Positions 23,362 to 32,064 of a stretch of 33,734 nt of DNA are shown in pieces (the stretch's first letter is position 1; every line of letters starts with the position of its first letter). Below the pieces are notes generated by a model. It saw only the letters and a program-made list of their open reading frames with translations, was not told the origin of the DNA and made no database searches. Source of the stretch: Opitutales bacterium (GTDB taxonomy: Bacteria; Verrucomicrobiota; Verrucomicrobiia; Opitutales; JABSRG01). The position numbers and the translations under genes are program-made. The stretch covers positions 1 to 33,734 of the forward strand of contig JBMYOQ010000049.1 of NCBI GenBank assembly GCA_049599475.1, in the 5' to 3' direction.

Positions 23362-25371
23362 ATGAAGAATTCGCTGATTACGGTGGCGTGGATAGCATCC
23401 TTGCTAATGATGATGCTACCCTTGCAAGGGGAACTTCGGGTGGAAGGGGCTCTCTCGATATTTCCGGATAAGGAAGGGGCTAATATGGTCTATCTCGAAG
23501 GCGCGGAGGGCTCGGGTGGATTGTGCTTCGACTTCCAAGCGGAGCCCTTAGATTTGAGGCAATTCACGCATGCTGCAGTACATATTGAAAACCAATCGCA
23601 AGGGAGGATTGATGCTCGTTTGACGGTGAAGAGCGACCCCGACGCGGTTACACGTGTAAGCCAGGCACGCAATCTCCTAAATCCCGGAGAGACGGATCAA
23701 ATACAAGCCCTTTTGGTTCGGGACTTTTTCCCAAAGGACCATCCTTGGACGCTCGCATTCGGGAAAACTCGAGGACTCCCCGGCGGTCATTTTGGAAACG
23801 CATGGCGATACCTGGATCTGAAGAACATCCGATACGTCAAGCTGGTATTGCATTGGAAGGACCTTCCCGTAGGGCAGCGAAAGTTGGTGGTCTCAAGCCC
23901 CTATGGTGTCGGAGATTACACTACAGATCAGATCGATCCAGAGCTGTTGCCAATGCCTATCGTCGATAAAATGGGACAATGGGTTGGAGAGGAATGGCCT
24001 GGCCGGGTCTCTGATATTGCAGAACTTGCTTCAGATGGAAAACGTGATCTAGCAATTTATGAGGATTCTCCCGTATTGTCAGTATACTCCCAATACGGCG
24101 GATGGAAAAATGGCCCACGTTTGAAAGCAACTGGACGTTTCAGAGTCGAAAAGCTTAATGAACAGTGGTGGTTCATAGATCCCGAGGGATATTTATTCTG
24201 GTCTCTTGGTGTGACCTGTGTCGGAGAACTAGAACCCACTAAAATCAGCGGAAGAGAGCGATTTTTCCCTGAGCTTCAAGGGACTCCACGGGGAAGGGAT
24301 ATCGTTTATGATTTTATCGGATCGAATTTAAAGCGAAAGTATGGAGACGCGTGGATAGATAAATCTACTGCAGTCACCTTAGGGCGTATGCGGGCTTGGG
24401 GTCTGAATACTGCAGGATGTTGGAGTGCGCCCGGTATTTTGGGAAATAAGAAAGTCCCCTATACCTTATTTGTGTATCACGAAACGCAAACTTTGGGAAA
24501 ACTGGCTAAAATCCCGGACCCGTTCTCAGAAGAGTTTCGCGACTCGCTCTTGTTTCATATTAAAGAAGCGGCTCGAAACTATGCGGGGGACCCATGGAAT
24601 CTTGGTGTCTTCATACACAATGAAATGAAGTGGGGAAGCGGGACGGAGGTCGCTGAAAACGTAATCGATCTAGATAATGCGGTTCCTGCAAAACGAGCAT
24701 TTATAGAAATGTTATCCCAAAAATACGGAGACATAGAAAAGCTAAATCAAGCTTGGGGCACATCCTTCTCTAGTTTTGACCGCGTCCAGGGAGTTTCAGA
24801 AAAAAGCACCACTGAATCATACCAATCTGATATGGAGGCTTACACCGAATATCATGCAGATACCTATTTCTCTTATTGTCGTGAAATGACGGACCGTTAC
24901 CTCCCAGGACATTTGTATTTTGGATGCCGTTTTCACAGCCCTATCTATAATGGAAATAACGTATATGTCCAAAAGGCGAAATCGCGATATGTCGATGTGA
25001 TGAGCTACAATGTGTATAGGAATTCGATACACGACATTGTTACGCATCAGGAGGTGGATCGCCCGGTTTTGATTGGAGAGTTCCATTTCGGGACCATATC
25101 GCATGGAGTGTGGGCCCCGGGCTTGGGTACTGCAGCGAATATTGAAGGTCAAGCGGAGTTGTTTAAAGCCTATGTTCAAGAAGCGATCGAGCACCCTAAC
25201 TTTGTAGGTGCCCACTGGTTTCAATATTCGGACCATATCACCACCGGGCGCTATGATGGCGAGAATTATCGAATTGGCTTCGTGAGTATTACAGATCGAT
25301 CTTACGATGTGCTAACGGATGCAGTAAGAGAAACTGCTGAGGAGATGTATCCCTTGCGTTATGGAGAGTAA
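23362..25371 (+). CDS. GH50 beta-agarase-like glycoside hydrolase, secreted
   Basis: ATG 23362 gives the signal MKNSLITVAWIASLLMMMLPLQG. Motifs: VDKMGQW, YGGW, LKATGRFRVEK..WWFIDPEGYLFWSLGV, RMRAWGLNT, GVFIHNEMKWG, HLYFGCRF, RPVLIGEFHFG and VGAHWFQY.D..TGRYDGENY.IGFV. Confidence 0.9.
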   Translation: MKNSLITVAWIASLLMMMLPLQGELRVEGALSIFPDKEGANMVYLEGAEGSGGLCFDFQAEPLDLRQFTHAAVHIENQSQGRIDARLTVKSDPDAVTRVSQARNLLNPGETDQIQALLVRDFFPKDHPWTLAFGKTRGLPGGHFGNAWRYLDLKNIRYVKLVLHWKDLPVGQRKLVVSSPYGVGDYTTDQIDPELLPMPIVDKMGQWVGEEWPGRVSDIAELASDGKRDLAIYEDSPVLSVYSQYGGWKNGPRLKATGRFRVEKLNEQWWFIDPEGYLFWSLGVTCVGELEPTKISGRERFFPELQGTPRGRDIVYDFIGSNLKRKYGDAWIDKSTAVTLGRMRAWGLNTAGCWSAPGILGNKKVPYTLFVYHETQTLGKLAKIPDPFSEEFRDSLLFHIKEAARNYAGDPWNLGVFIHNEMKWGSGTEVAENVIDLDNAVPAKRAFIEMLSQKYGDIEKLNQAWGTSFSSFDRVQGVSEKSTTESYQSDMEAYTEYHADTYFSYCREMTDRYLPGHLYFGCRFHSPIYNGNNVYVQKAKSRYVDVMSYNVYRNSIHDIVTHQEVDRPVLIGEFHFGTISHGVWAPGLGTAANIEGQAELFKAYVQEAIEHPNFVGAHWFQYSDHITTGRYDGENYRIGFVSITDRSYDVLTDAVRETAEEMYPLRYGE

Positions 25372-25385
25372 ATGCAATGCCTTAG

Positions 25386-25412
25386 AGTAGTGAAGCTCTC
25401 CGAGACAACTGT
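25386..25412 (+). repeat. Degenerate REP directly after the GH50 stop
   Basis: AGTAG-TGAAGCTC-TCC-GAGACAACT-GT shares CTCTCCGAGACAAC with the 19810 REP. Confidence 0.6.
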
Positions 25413-25562
25413 CACCAGTATGTTTATCTAGGATTAATGGTTCTGGGAGTGAATTTAGCCCCTGTGTATATTAGTTGAAATACATATTGGCGGAAATCGC
25501 GAACGCGGGTTAACGGCACGTGTGGTAAATTCCAAGGGTCTTAAAGTTAAACCCTTTTATAC

Positions 25563-26426
25563 ATGATGAATATTCGAAATTCTCTCTCAAATACATCTCT
25601 CCTCCTGTCAGGTCTTCTCGTAGGATCCTATCTGCAAGGACAAGTTCAGACCAACTTCACGGTGAGTGACGATTATCGTGCTGCCAACCGCGAGTCGCTT
25701 ACTAGTCAGTTCCAACTCAGTTATTCGATTGATGTGACTGGCAATGTGACCCTGGACGCGTCTGGCAGTGGTTTGTCTACCGATGCCGCATCGATCCTCG
25801 ATGGATGGGACGGAAGCGTTGGCACAGTATCCGAGAGTAGCTTTTGGGGTGAATCATTCACCATCGAGGTTTCTGCGGAGCGTTTCTTTCTTGGGGAGAT
25901 AACAAGCTCGAACATCAATGCCGATGGCGATGCTTACGGCGCGGTATTTGCGTCTCCCGGACACTTAGGTGTTACCGGGTTTAACGGAGGAAAAATTGAT
26001 CTCCAAAGCCACGCTCCTTCTGGAGAAGAGCGCTACGAGACTCTGATTTTTACTTTGGTGAGTTCAACTAGTTCGAATCTTCAATTAAATATGTCGGATT
26101 TGACTGTGATCGCTGAAAATGGGGCTGATATGGCACTCTCTACGCGTGACAGCGAAGGTGCAATATTATCATCTGAGACTCTTTTAGACTTTCATACCAC
26201 CGGTACTAGTTCTGGTGTTATTGTGGATGTCTCTGATTATTCAATTGGGGTGGGAGAGGCTTTCACTCTCGGTTCATTTGAAGGCCAGAGCCAACCCTTC
26301 AGTCTCGAAGGCATAGGGTTCACCGTAGCTGCGGTGACAGAGCCCTCTACTTACGCGATGTTTCTTGGTGCGGTGGCCCTCGGGTTATCCGTTTACCGTA
26401 AGAAGCGCAAAGTAGCCGGGAAGTAG
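25563..26426 (+). CDS. PEP-CTERM-type surface protein with a variant VTEP motif
   Basis: N-terminal signal peptide and S/T/G-rich body. The C-terminus AVTEPSTYAMFLGAVALGLSVYRKKRK has the motif, transmembrane helix and basic cluster. Confidence 0.88.
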   Translation: MMNIRNSLSNTSLLLSGLLVGSYLQGQVQTNFTVSDDYRAANRESLTSQFQLSYSIDVTGNVTLDASGSGLSTDAASILDGWDGSVGTVSESSFWGESFTIEVSAERFFLGEITSSNINADGDAYGAVFASPGHLGVTGFNGGKIDLQSHAPSGEERYETLIFTLVSSTSSNLQLNMSDLTVIAENGADMALSTRDSEGAILSSETLLDFHTTGTSSGVIVDVSDYSIGVGEAFTLGSFEGQSQPFSLEGIGFTVAAVTEPSTYAMFLGAVALGLSVYRKKRKVAGK

Positions 26427-26449
26427 GTATTTACCTTTCAGAAAGCGGT

Positions 26450-26484
26450 AAGACCTCGGGGCGTAGTGGCCTCGGGGTCTTTTT
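26450..26484 (+). terminator. Rho-independent terminator
   Basis: AAGACCTCGGGGC-GTAGTG-GCCTCGGGGTCTT stem (two G.U pairs) ending in a T run, 24 nt after the stop. Confidence 0.8.
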
Positions 26485-26526
26485 GTGTTTACGGAGTTCC
26501 AGTCCGAGGAATTGAACACTGGTGGG

Positions 26527-26613
26527 GGTAGGGCTGCATCTCCGAGGCAGCCACAGCGTCTAAGGTCGATCGTAGGGGAGGGCAGGGGCTGTGTAGGGAC
26601 ACAAAGCCCTGCC
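26527..26613. repeat. REP doublet, GGCTGC stem class
   Basis: GGTAGGGCTGCATCTCCGAGGCAGCCAC (+) with an inverted partner at 26585-26613 (reverse complement GGCAGGGCTTTGTGTCCCTACACAGCCCC). Confidence 0.8.
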
Positions 26614-26719
26614 GGTTTACTGTGAATCCTTGATGAAAATACCTTAGTATTAGGGAGTTTTGCGGAGGGGTATTCTTGTCTATCAAAAATTCAAGAAGCG
26701 CCGAATAATAGCTGCAAAG

Positions 26720-26810
26720 GGTAGGGCTGCATCTCCGAGGCAGCCGCCGCGATTAAGGCAGATCCTGAGCGGCGGTTGAGGCTTCGTAGGGAGTGACACG
26801 CAGCCCTACC
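26720..26810. repeat. REP doublet, GGCTGC stem class (second copy)
   Basis: GGTAGGGCTGCATCTCCGAGGCAGCCGC (+) with an inverted partner at 26778-26810 (reverse complement GGTAGGGCTGCGTGTCACTCCCTACGAAGCCTC). Confidence 0.82.
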
Positions 26811-27090
26811 ATGGTCTTCCTTAATAAGTCGATGACGCGTATCTACCTGTTAATGACATCCGATAATTGAGTATCGATAAATGCTTTAGCTTTACAGGTA
26901 TTTAATACTTACTAGAGGACTCTGTATCTGTAAAAAAATGGTGATTTGTATCCGGTTTTTAAGGCAAATTGGGTCGCCTGAAGGTCAGTTCGTATAAATT
27001 GTTTTTCAAAGACCGATTGGCTCGGCACGGAGTCCGCCGTGATGTAAAGTTTTAGGTAATTATCCCCTAATTATTTACGAATTACCTGAT

Positions 27091-30000
27091 ATGCCTTTTG
27101 GCCCCAAAAAATATAGCAAAGCAGGCTTCGCGTTGGTGCTCGCGCTTTCTTTAACTTCGTTCATGGTTTTGCTTGTCATGGCATTGGCGGCAATCGTCAC
27201 GCAGAGCAGTGAATCTGCCGACGAGAGTAATGAGGAGATCATAGCGCGCTCAAATGCGCTGGTCGGTTTAAAAGTAGCGCTCGGTGAGCTGCATATGCAT
27301 GCGAGACAGGACCAACGGGTCACCGCAACGGGCGCCCTATTTAATAATGTCGGTAATGGAGCCAACAACCTCGTGGGCGTGTGGAACTCCGACTTTAACA
27401 GTAATGAATATGGCAACTTCATCCAGTGGCTCGTCTCGAGAGAGGAACCGTCCGAAGTAACTAATGCGAGTTTTGCTACTTTTGATATGCCGATATCATA
27501 TGCGTCTGAAGACTATGTTTCGACCTCAGATGACTATGCTGTTTTAGTTGGATCGGGCAGTGTCGATCAAGACCTTCAACGCCCTGCACTAACACAGGGT
27601 GTCGTCGCAGAAAAGGTGCTGATGGATGTTGAAGGCATCAACAAGTTTGCCTGGTGGGTCGGTGATGAAGGAGCGAAAGCGAAGGTAAATAAGGTAGACC
27701 CGTATGCGAGTGAACTGCTGGATCAGGATAACTCGGCGTGGAGCGGATTGGATAATCAATGGATGCAGCTTAGTTTGTTATCGACGCAGGGAACGAACCT
27801 GGGCGGAATTGATGAATTCTCTGATTATAGCCTACAGAGTTCTGAGGGACTGGATATTGTTCATGGTTTTTCAAGGCTGAATGAACTCTCTCAGGCGAAC
27901 CTCCTGGGCTTGTCAGGAGACGCGGCCACGGATCAAGCGATTCGTAGAAATTTTCACAATTTCACAACTGCGTCCTATGGTTTGCAGACAGATGTGCGGT
28001 TTGGGGGATTCAAAAAAGACTTATCTCTATTGTTCGAACTCCCCGAAGAGGCTGGCTCGGGCCAATCCGAGAATTCATACCATTCTCAAATCTTAAATGC
28101 GTTCGAAGAAGATCAGATTAAGCGCAGAAATTGGTCAAATGCGAACGGGAGCAGCACCTTTATTCCGGACCTTACCTACGAAGGTTCACCTCTAGGGGTG
28201 CCCGGTCCTCAGCCTGAGTTGCCCCTCCTTTTCACCGAACCTATCGTATCGGGAGATGGGGTTGTCTATGGTCCAACTCTCGATCTGTTGAGGGATTACT
28301 ACCGACTTTATAAGGGTATCGAAAAGGAAAATACAAATCCAACTCTGCAACAAGGATGGGTTAAAGGATTCTACCCGAATCGTGATTGGTTTATGAGCGC
28401 TCAGGGAGGCGGTCTAGACGAGGATGATGCGTGGGAGCAGAGCCTGGCCACTTGGGGGATACGCGGAGAGTATGCGTCTGAAGCTCCCGAAACGCGCTCC
28501 CGTGCAGAGGGAGACTTTGGGGACATCGAGGTTATCCGTCCGACCAGAGGCGCGTACCTTCCATACTTAAACCGATTTACACTATTGGCGACCGCGGAAT
28601 CCTACTCCTCAAACTCTGGGATAGTGACTCCCGATGGCTTTCCTACCTTTGATGTGAATATGCTGCTTCAGCCGTTCGCTACCATTCATAATCCCTACAA
28701 CGTTCAAATTGAAGCACCCGCGATGCGCGTTTTATTTCAAATGGATCGTTTGACCATTGTAGTTCGGCGAGGTCCGGACCCTAACGCAACCGATTCGGCG
28801 GACCCAAATCTAGGTTGGGATATAACAAGACCGTTCAGGACTGCTACCATGGATAGGATCTCTCCAGGGGCCGGTGGTCACGTTCAGTCGGGAAATATCA
28901 TAAAGAGTAATTCATTGGACGGTACCGCCAATTCCCATGTTTTTCGAATGGACGAACATATTTTCTATTTGCCAAATCCCGACCCAAAAGCTTTCGCAAG
29001 TAACAATCAGCAGGAGTTTGTTTTTAACATTGCGGCGACGACTTATGCCCCAGGAGAAATCAAGACATTCGGACCTGCTGATGTATTGAAACTAGTCGAC
29101 GCTTCGGGCAATCCCATTTCGGATCGTTCGGCTACACTTGCTGAGTTGAGTAGTTATCTTCCTGGTAACGGTATTGATCTCGAATTACATGAGGCATACA
29201 AGAGAGAAACGAGTGGAGAATGGGCAATGTTTGTTGATCACGACGGTGATGCGGGTACCGCAGGAATTAACGAAGGAACGACTCCAGTACAAAGACTCGT
29301 GGAGGATATTCCCTTTGGCTCGGAGATACACATCAAGGTTGGTGGAAACCAACAGACAAAATTTGGGCTCGAAGTCATGAATGCCACCGGAAATTTTGAT
29401 GTTGTCGGGTCTTACGCGATGCGTCCCAGTGTGAGAGAGGGCAGTTCGCATGATGGTCAGAGCACTTATTTCGTGGGCAACAATAACTGGTTGGAAACCC
29501 TTACTCAGTTGGTTAACAATAGCCCAAATGAAGAATGGGATGATCAATTGCACCCTGTGGAACGCTTGAGCGGCGGGATCGCGACGAACGTTTTAGATGT
29601 ATTTTTGAAGCCCTTAGATTATGAGGAGAATCTTTTATACGATGTAAGCGACAATTGGACTGCTACAAATAGTCTCCGAAATTTTCCGAATTTTGTGGTT
29701 AGCAACCCGCTTGCAGCTTCTTTTTCGCGAGATGCATTCGCTGCTGAGTTCGAATTTGGTGCGTTGGGTAATATGTTTCATATTGCATCTGAACGCTTCC
29801 CGGTTGGACAAGAAGCAATTGGGGATGTTGTCGGGGAAATTTTTGAAGGAAATGGCGGTACATGGGGATATAATATTGGTGATTACGGGGCGGATACAGT
29901 TGTTCTGCTTGAGGTGCCGACGGCGCCGCTACAGTCCATTGGTCAGTTTCAGCATGCAAACCTGAGTCCATCACAGGCCAATCCAGCTCTTTCAGTCGGG

Positions 30001-31194
30001 CACTCGACGCCTTCACCCTATATTGATTCGTTTAGTAAAGTGACCTATGTCTACAATCGGTCCTATCAGGGGGAAGAAAGAGAGTTCGTTTATTATGATC
30101 AAAATTACTTAGTGAATGAAGCTCTTTGGGATGAGTATTTTCTCTCATCTATTGCTCCGCGACCCGGCGATAGTTCACGTGGATCCTTGACTATTGATAA
30201 TACCATCGATCCCGCGGATGACCTTAGGAATGTAGTAAACAGATTTGTTTCGGGAGAACAACCGTTGGCAAACTCACGTATGCGCCTCGCCCACTCTACG
30301 GTGACTGCCAGCGACCGCGTGGAGGAATTGTTGGACTTCCGGACGGCTGCCCGGCACCTGATGGTCGACGGTAGCTTTAATATTAACTCTACTTCGGTGG
30401 ACGCCTGGATCGCTTTATTATCCTCGTTCCGGGAAATGAGTGTAGTGTATCATAATTCAACGGGATTGGCACAAGATAGCTTGAGTGGCGAGAGTGCAAT
30501 GCCGCGTAGCACTTTACCGGCTGGAACGGGCGTCAGCTCCACGACTTCATCGGTCTCAGATCCAGGGATTTGGAGTGGGTTTTTGGAGCTGAGCGATGCG
30601 GATATCGAGATACTGTCGGAATCGATCGTAGACGAAATTAAAGCTCGCAGTCTAGCCCGTATGCAAGAGCTAGGTACGTCGGAACCTGTTCCAGCGCTCT
30701 CGATTGCATCGTTTGTGAATCGGATGCCGAATGCCTCGAATGCTTACAATCAGTCGGGTACACTCCAATCCACTATTGAGAATTCTGGAATTGGAAATGC
30801 ATTTTTCTCTGGGGCGACAACTTTCAGCGCTGAAGAACACAATGATGTAGGGCAACTCGGGTTAAACAACGCTAACTTCGCGAATTCACATTTTTATCCG
30901 AATCCGGAATTTACGATTGATTCTGCTTCCATGATTTCGACTTCTCTAAATCAAGCGAATATCCTACAAGCCATTGGACCTGTTATCTCTGCGAGAACCG
31001 ATACGTTCAGGATCCGTTCGTATGGAGAAACTGTTGATGCTAACGGGAACGTAACAACTGCATGGTGCGAAGCTCTCGTGCAGCGTGTGTATGATCAGGA
31101 CAGTGCGGAAGAGTTATCCAATACGGAGCTGGATGCACATGCGCGTCGTTTTGAAATTTTGTCCCTCAGATGGCTGAATGCTGAGGATGTCTAA
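27091..31194 (+). CDS. Giant GspK/PilX-like minor (pseudo)pilin, Verru_Chthon cassette A-like
   Basis: Class III signal KKYSKAG|FALVLALSLTSFMVLLV with no Glu5. Blocks DQRVTAT, FAWWVGDEGAKAKVN, TDVRFGGFKKDLS, GSFNINSTSVDAW and ARTDTFRIRSYGE...AWCEALVQR...RRFEILSLRWL..EDV recall verrucomicrobial large pilin-cassette proteins. Confidence 0.75.
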   Translation: MPFGPKKYSKAGFALVLALSLTSFMVLLVMALAAIVTQSSESADESNEEIIARSNALVGLKVALGELHMHARQDQRVTATGALFNNVGNGANNLVGVWNSDFNSNEYGNFIQWLVSREEPSEVTNASFATFDMPISYASEDYVSTSDDYAVLVGSGSVDQDLQRPALTQGVVAEKVLMDVEGINKFAWWVGDEGAKAKVNKVDPYASELLDQDNSAWSGLDNQWMQLSLLSTQGTNLGGIDEFSDYSLQSSEGLDIVHGFSRLNELSQANLLGLSGDAATDQAIRRNFHNFTTASYGLQTDVRFGGFKKDLSLLFELPEEAGSGQSENSYHSQILNAFEEDQIKRRNWSNANGSSTFIPDLTYEGSPLGVPGPQPELPLLFTEPIVSGDGVVYGPTLDLLRDYYRLYKGIEKENTNPTLQQGWVKGFYPNRDWFMSAQGGGLDEDDAWEQSLATWGIRGEYASEAPETRSRAEGDFGDIEVIRPTRGAYLPYLNRFTLLATAESYSSNSGIVTPDGFPTFDVNMLLQPFATIHNPYNVQIEAPAMRVLFQMDRLTIVVRRGPDPNATDSADPNLGWDITRPFRTATMDRISPGAGGHVQSGNIIKSNSLDGTANSHVFRMDEHIFYLPNPDPKAFASNNQQEFVFNIAATTYAPGEIKTFGPADVLKLVDASGNPISDRSATLAELSSYLPGNGIDLELHEAYKRETSGEWAMFVDHDGDAGTAGINEGTTPVQRLVEDIPFGSEIHIKVGGNQQTKFGLEVMNATGNFDVVGSYAMRPSVREGSSHDGQSTYFVGNNNWLETLTQLVNNSPNEEWDDQLHPVERLSGGIATNVLDVFLKPLDYEENLLYDVSDNWTATNSLRNFPNFVVSNPLAASFSRDAFAAEFEFGALGNMFHIASERFPVGQEAIGDVVGEIFEGNGGTWGYNIGDYGADTVVLLEVPTAPLQSIGQFQHANLSPSQANPALSVGHSTPSPYIDSFSKVTYVYNRSYQGEEREFVYYDQNYLVNEALWDEYFLSSIAPRPGDSSRGSLTIDNTIDPADDLRNVVNRFVSGEQPLANSRMRLAHSTVTASDRVEELLDFRTAARHLMVDGSFNINSTSVDAWIALLSSFREMSVVYHNSTGLAQDSLSGESAMPRSTLPAGTGVSSTTSSVSDPGIWSGFLELSDADIEILSESIVDEIKARSLARMQELGTSEPVPALSIASFVNRMPNASNAYNQSGTLQSTIENSGIGNAFFSGATTFSAEEHNDVGQLGLNNANFANSHFYPNPEFTIDSASMISTSLNQANILQAIGPVISARTDTFRIRSYGETVDANGNVTTAWCEALVQRVYDQDSAEELSNTELDAHARRFEILSLRWLNAEDV

Positions 31195-31208
31195 ATGGTA
31201 TCTTAATC

Positions 31209-31925
31209 ATGAGAATTATTCACACATTAACCTTTGTATTTTTATTTTTCTTCAATGGTGGGCTATCTGCACAAGAAATAATCGAGAAACAGGTGAGAGC
31301 CGTAAGTTTGGGGGCCTCCATCGAAAGTCTTGCTTTGCTCTCTGATACTGGAGCTGTAGATATCAGCGTTCCTAAAGGGCGGCGTTCCGACGCGTATCTC
31401 TATGCTGGGTCGAGTAACCTAAAGCTCATAAAGCAGGGGACATATATTCCAGATGGCCCCTTACCACCTGTTGTTGCTCAAGCTTACATTCCCGAGTGTT
31501 ACAAGCGACCGCTGTTGATTTTTACCGAAGACAATGGAAATAACGCGATTATCGTTATTGAAGATGATATGTCTCGATTCTCTGGTAATGGCGTATTGTT
31601 TGCGAATATGACGCCATATCGGGTTGCTCTTGTGTTTGGAGATGATCTGGATGAGCGTATATCTCTCGAATCCGTTGAAATGAAAGTTCACGAATTTGAT
31701 GAGAGTTCTGTAAATGTCCGGGTGCGTGCAGCGACACAAGTGGGAGGCGAGCTTTTTAGGGCTTTGGATACGCGGTTGTTTCCAAACCCTCAAACAAGAG
31801 ATATCTATTTTATTTATTCAAACCCGCGAAAAGGCGAGGGTGCGGTAAGTATTAGAACGCTCCGTGAAAACATACTTACTGCGCAGTTGGTCTATCGCGA
31901 TCCTGGGGTGCCGAACGCCGAGTAG
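31209..31925 (+). CDS. Secreted hypothetical protein, co-transcribed partner of the giant pilin-like protein
   Basis: Starts 14 nt after the upstream stop. Signal MRIIHTLTFVFLFFFNGGLSA-Q, beta-rich body, and a D...F....V.FANMT.Y.V segment. Confidence 0.8.
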   Translation: MRIIHTLTFVFLFFFNGGLSAQEIIEKQVRAVSLGASIESLALLSDTGAVDISVPKGRRSDAYLYAGSSNLKLIKQGTYIPDGPLPPVVAQAYIPECYKRPLLIFTEDNGNNAIIVIEDDMSRFSGNGVLFANMTPYRVALVFGDDLDERISLESVEMKVHEFDESSVNVRVRAATQVGGELFRALDTRLFPNPQTRDIYFIYSNPRKGEGAVSIRTLRENILTAQLVYRDPGVPNAE

Positions 31926-32064
31926 TCTGATCGCTCATCTCTAAAAACTCTCACTCCATAGCTCTCATGGAACGCCTATCCGCTCTCTTACTTGTCGGCC
32001 TCATGAAACGGTAGATGCAAGGTCATTACCATTATTTTCCCTAAATTCTAAGTCTTCAAGATCT

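Noticed and set aside
10755..26716. Loose TGsCGAAAT-like motif in several upstream regions (10757, 21600, 25488, 26699) and sigma54-like GGCACG hexamers (25515, 27024)
   Set aside because: The motif is too degenerate to distinguish from chance by eye, and the hexamers lack a correctly spaced TTGC -12 element.
31967..32014. Tiny ORF MERLSALLLVGLMKR upstream of the oxidoreductase, as a leader peptide
   Set aside because: There is no attenuator structure or RBS, and no biosynthetic context.
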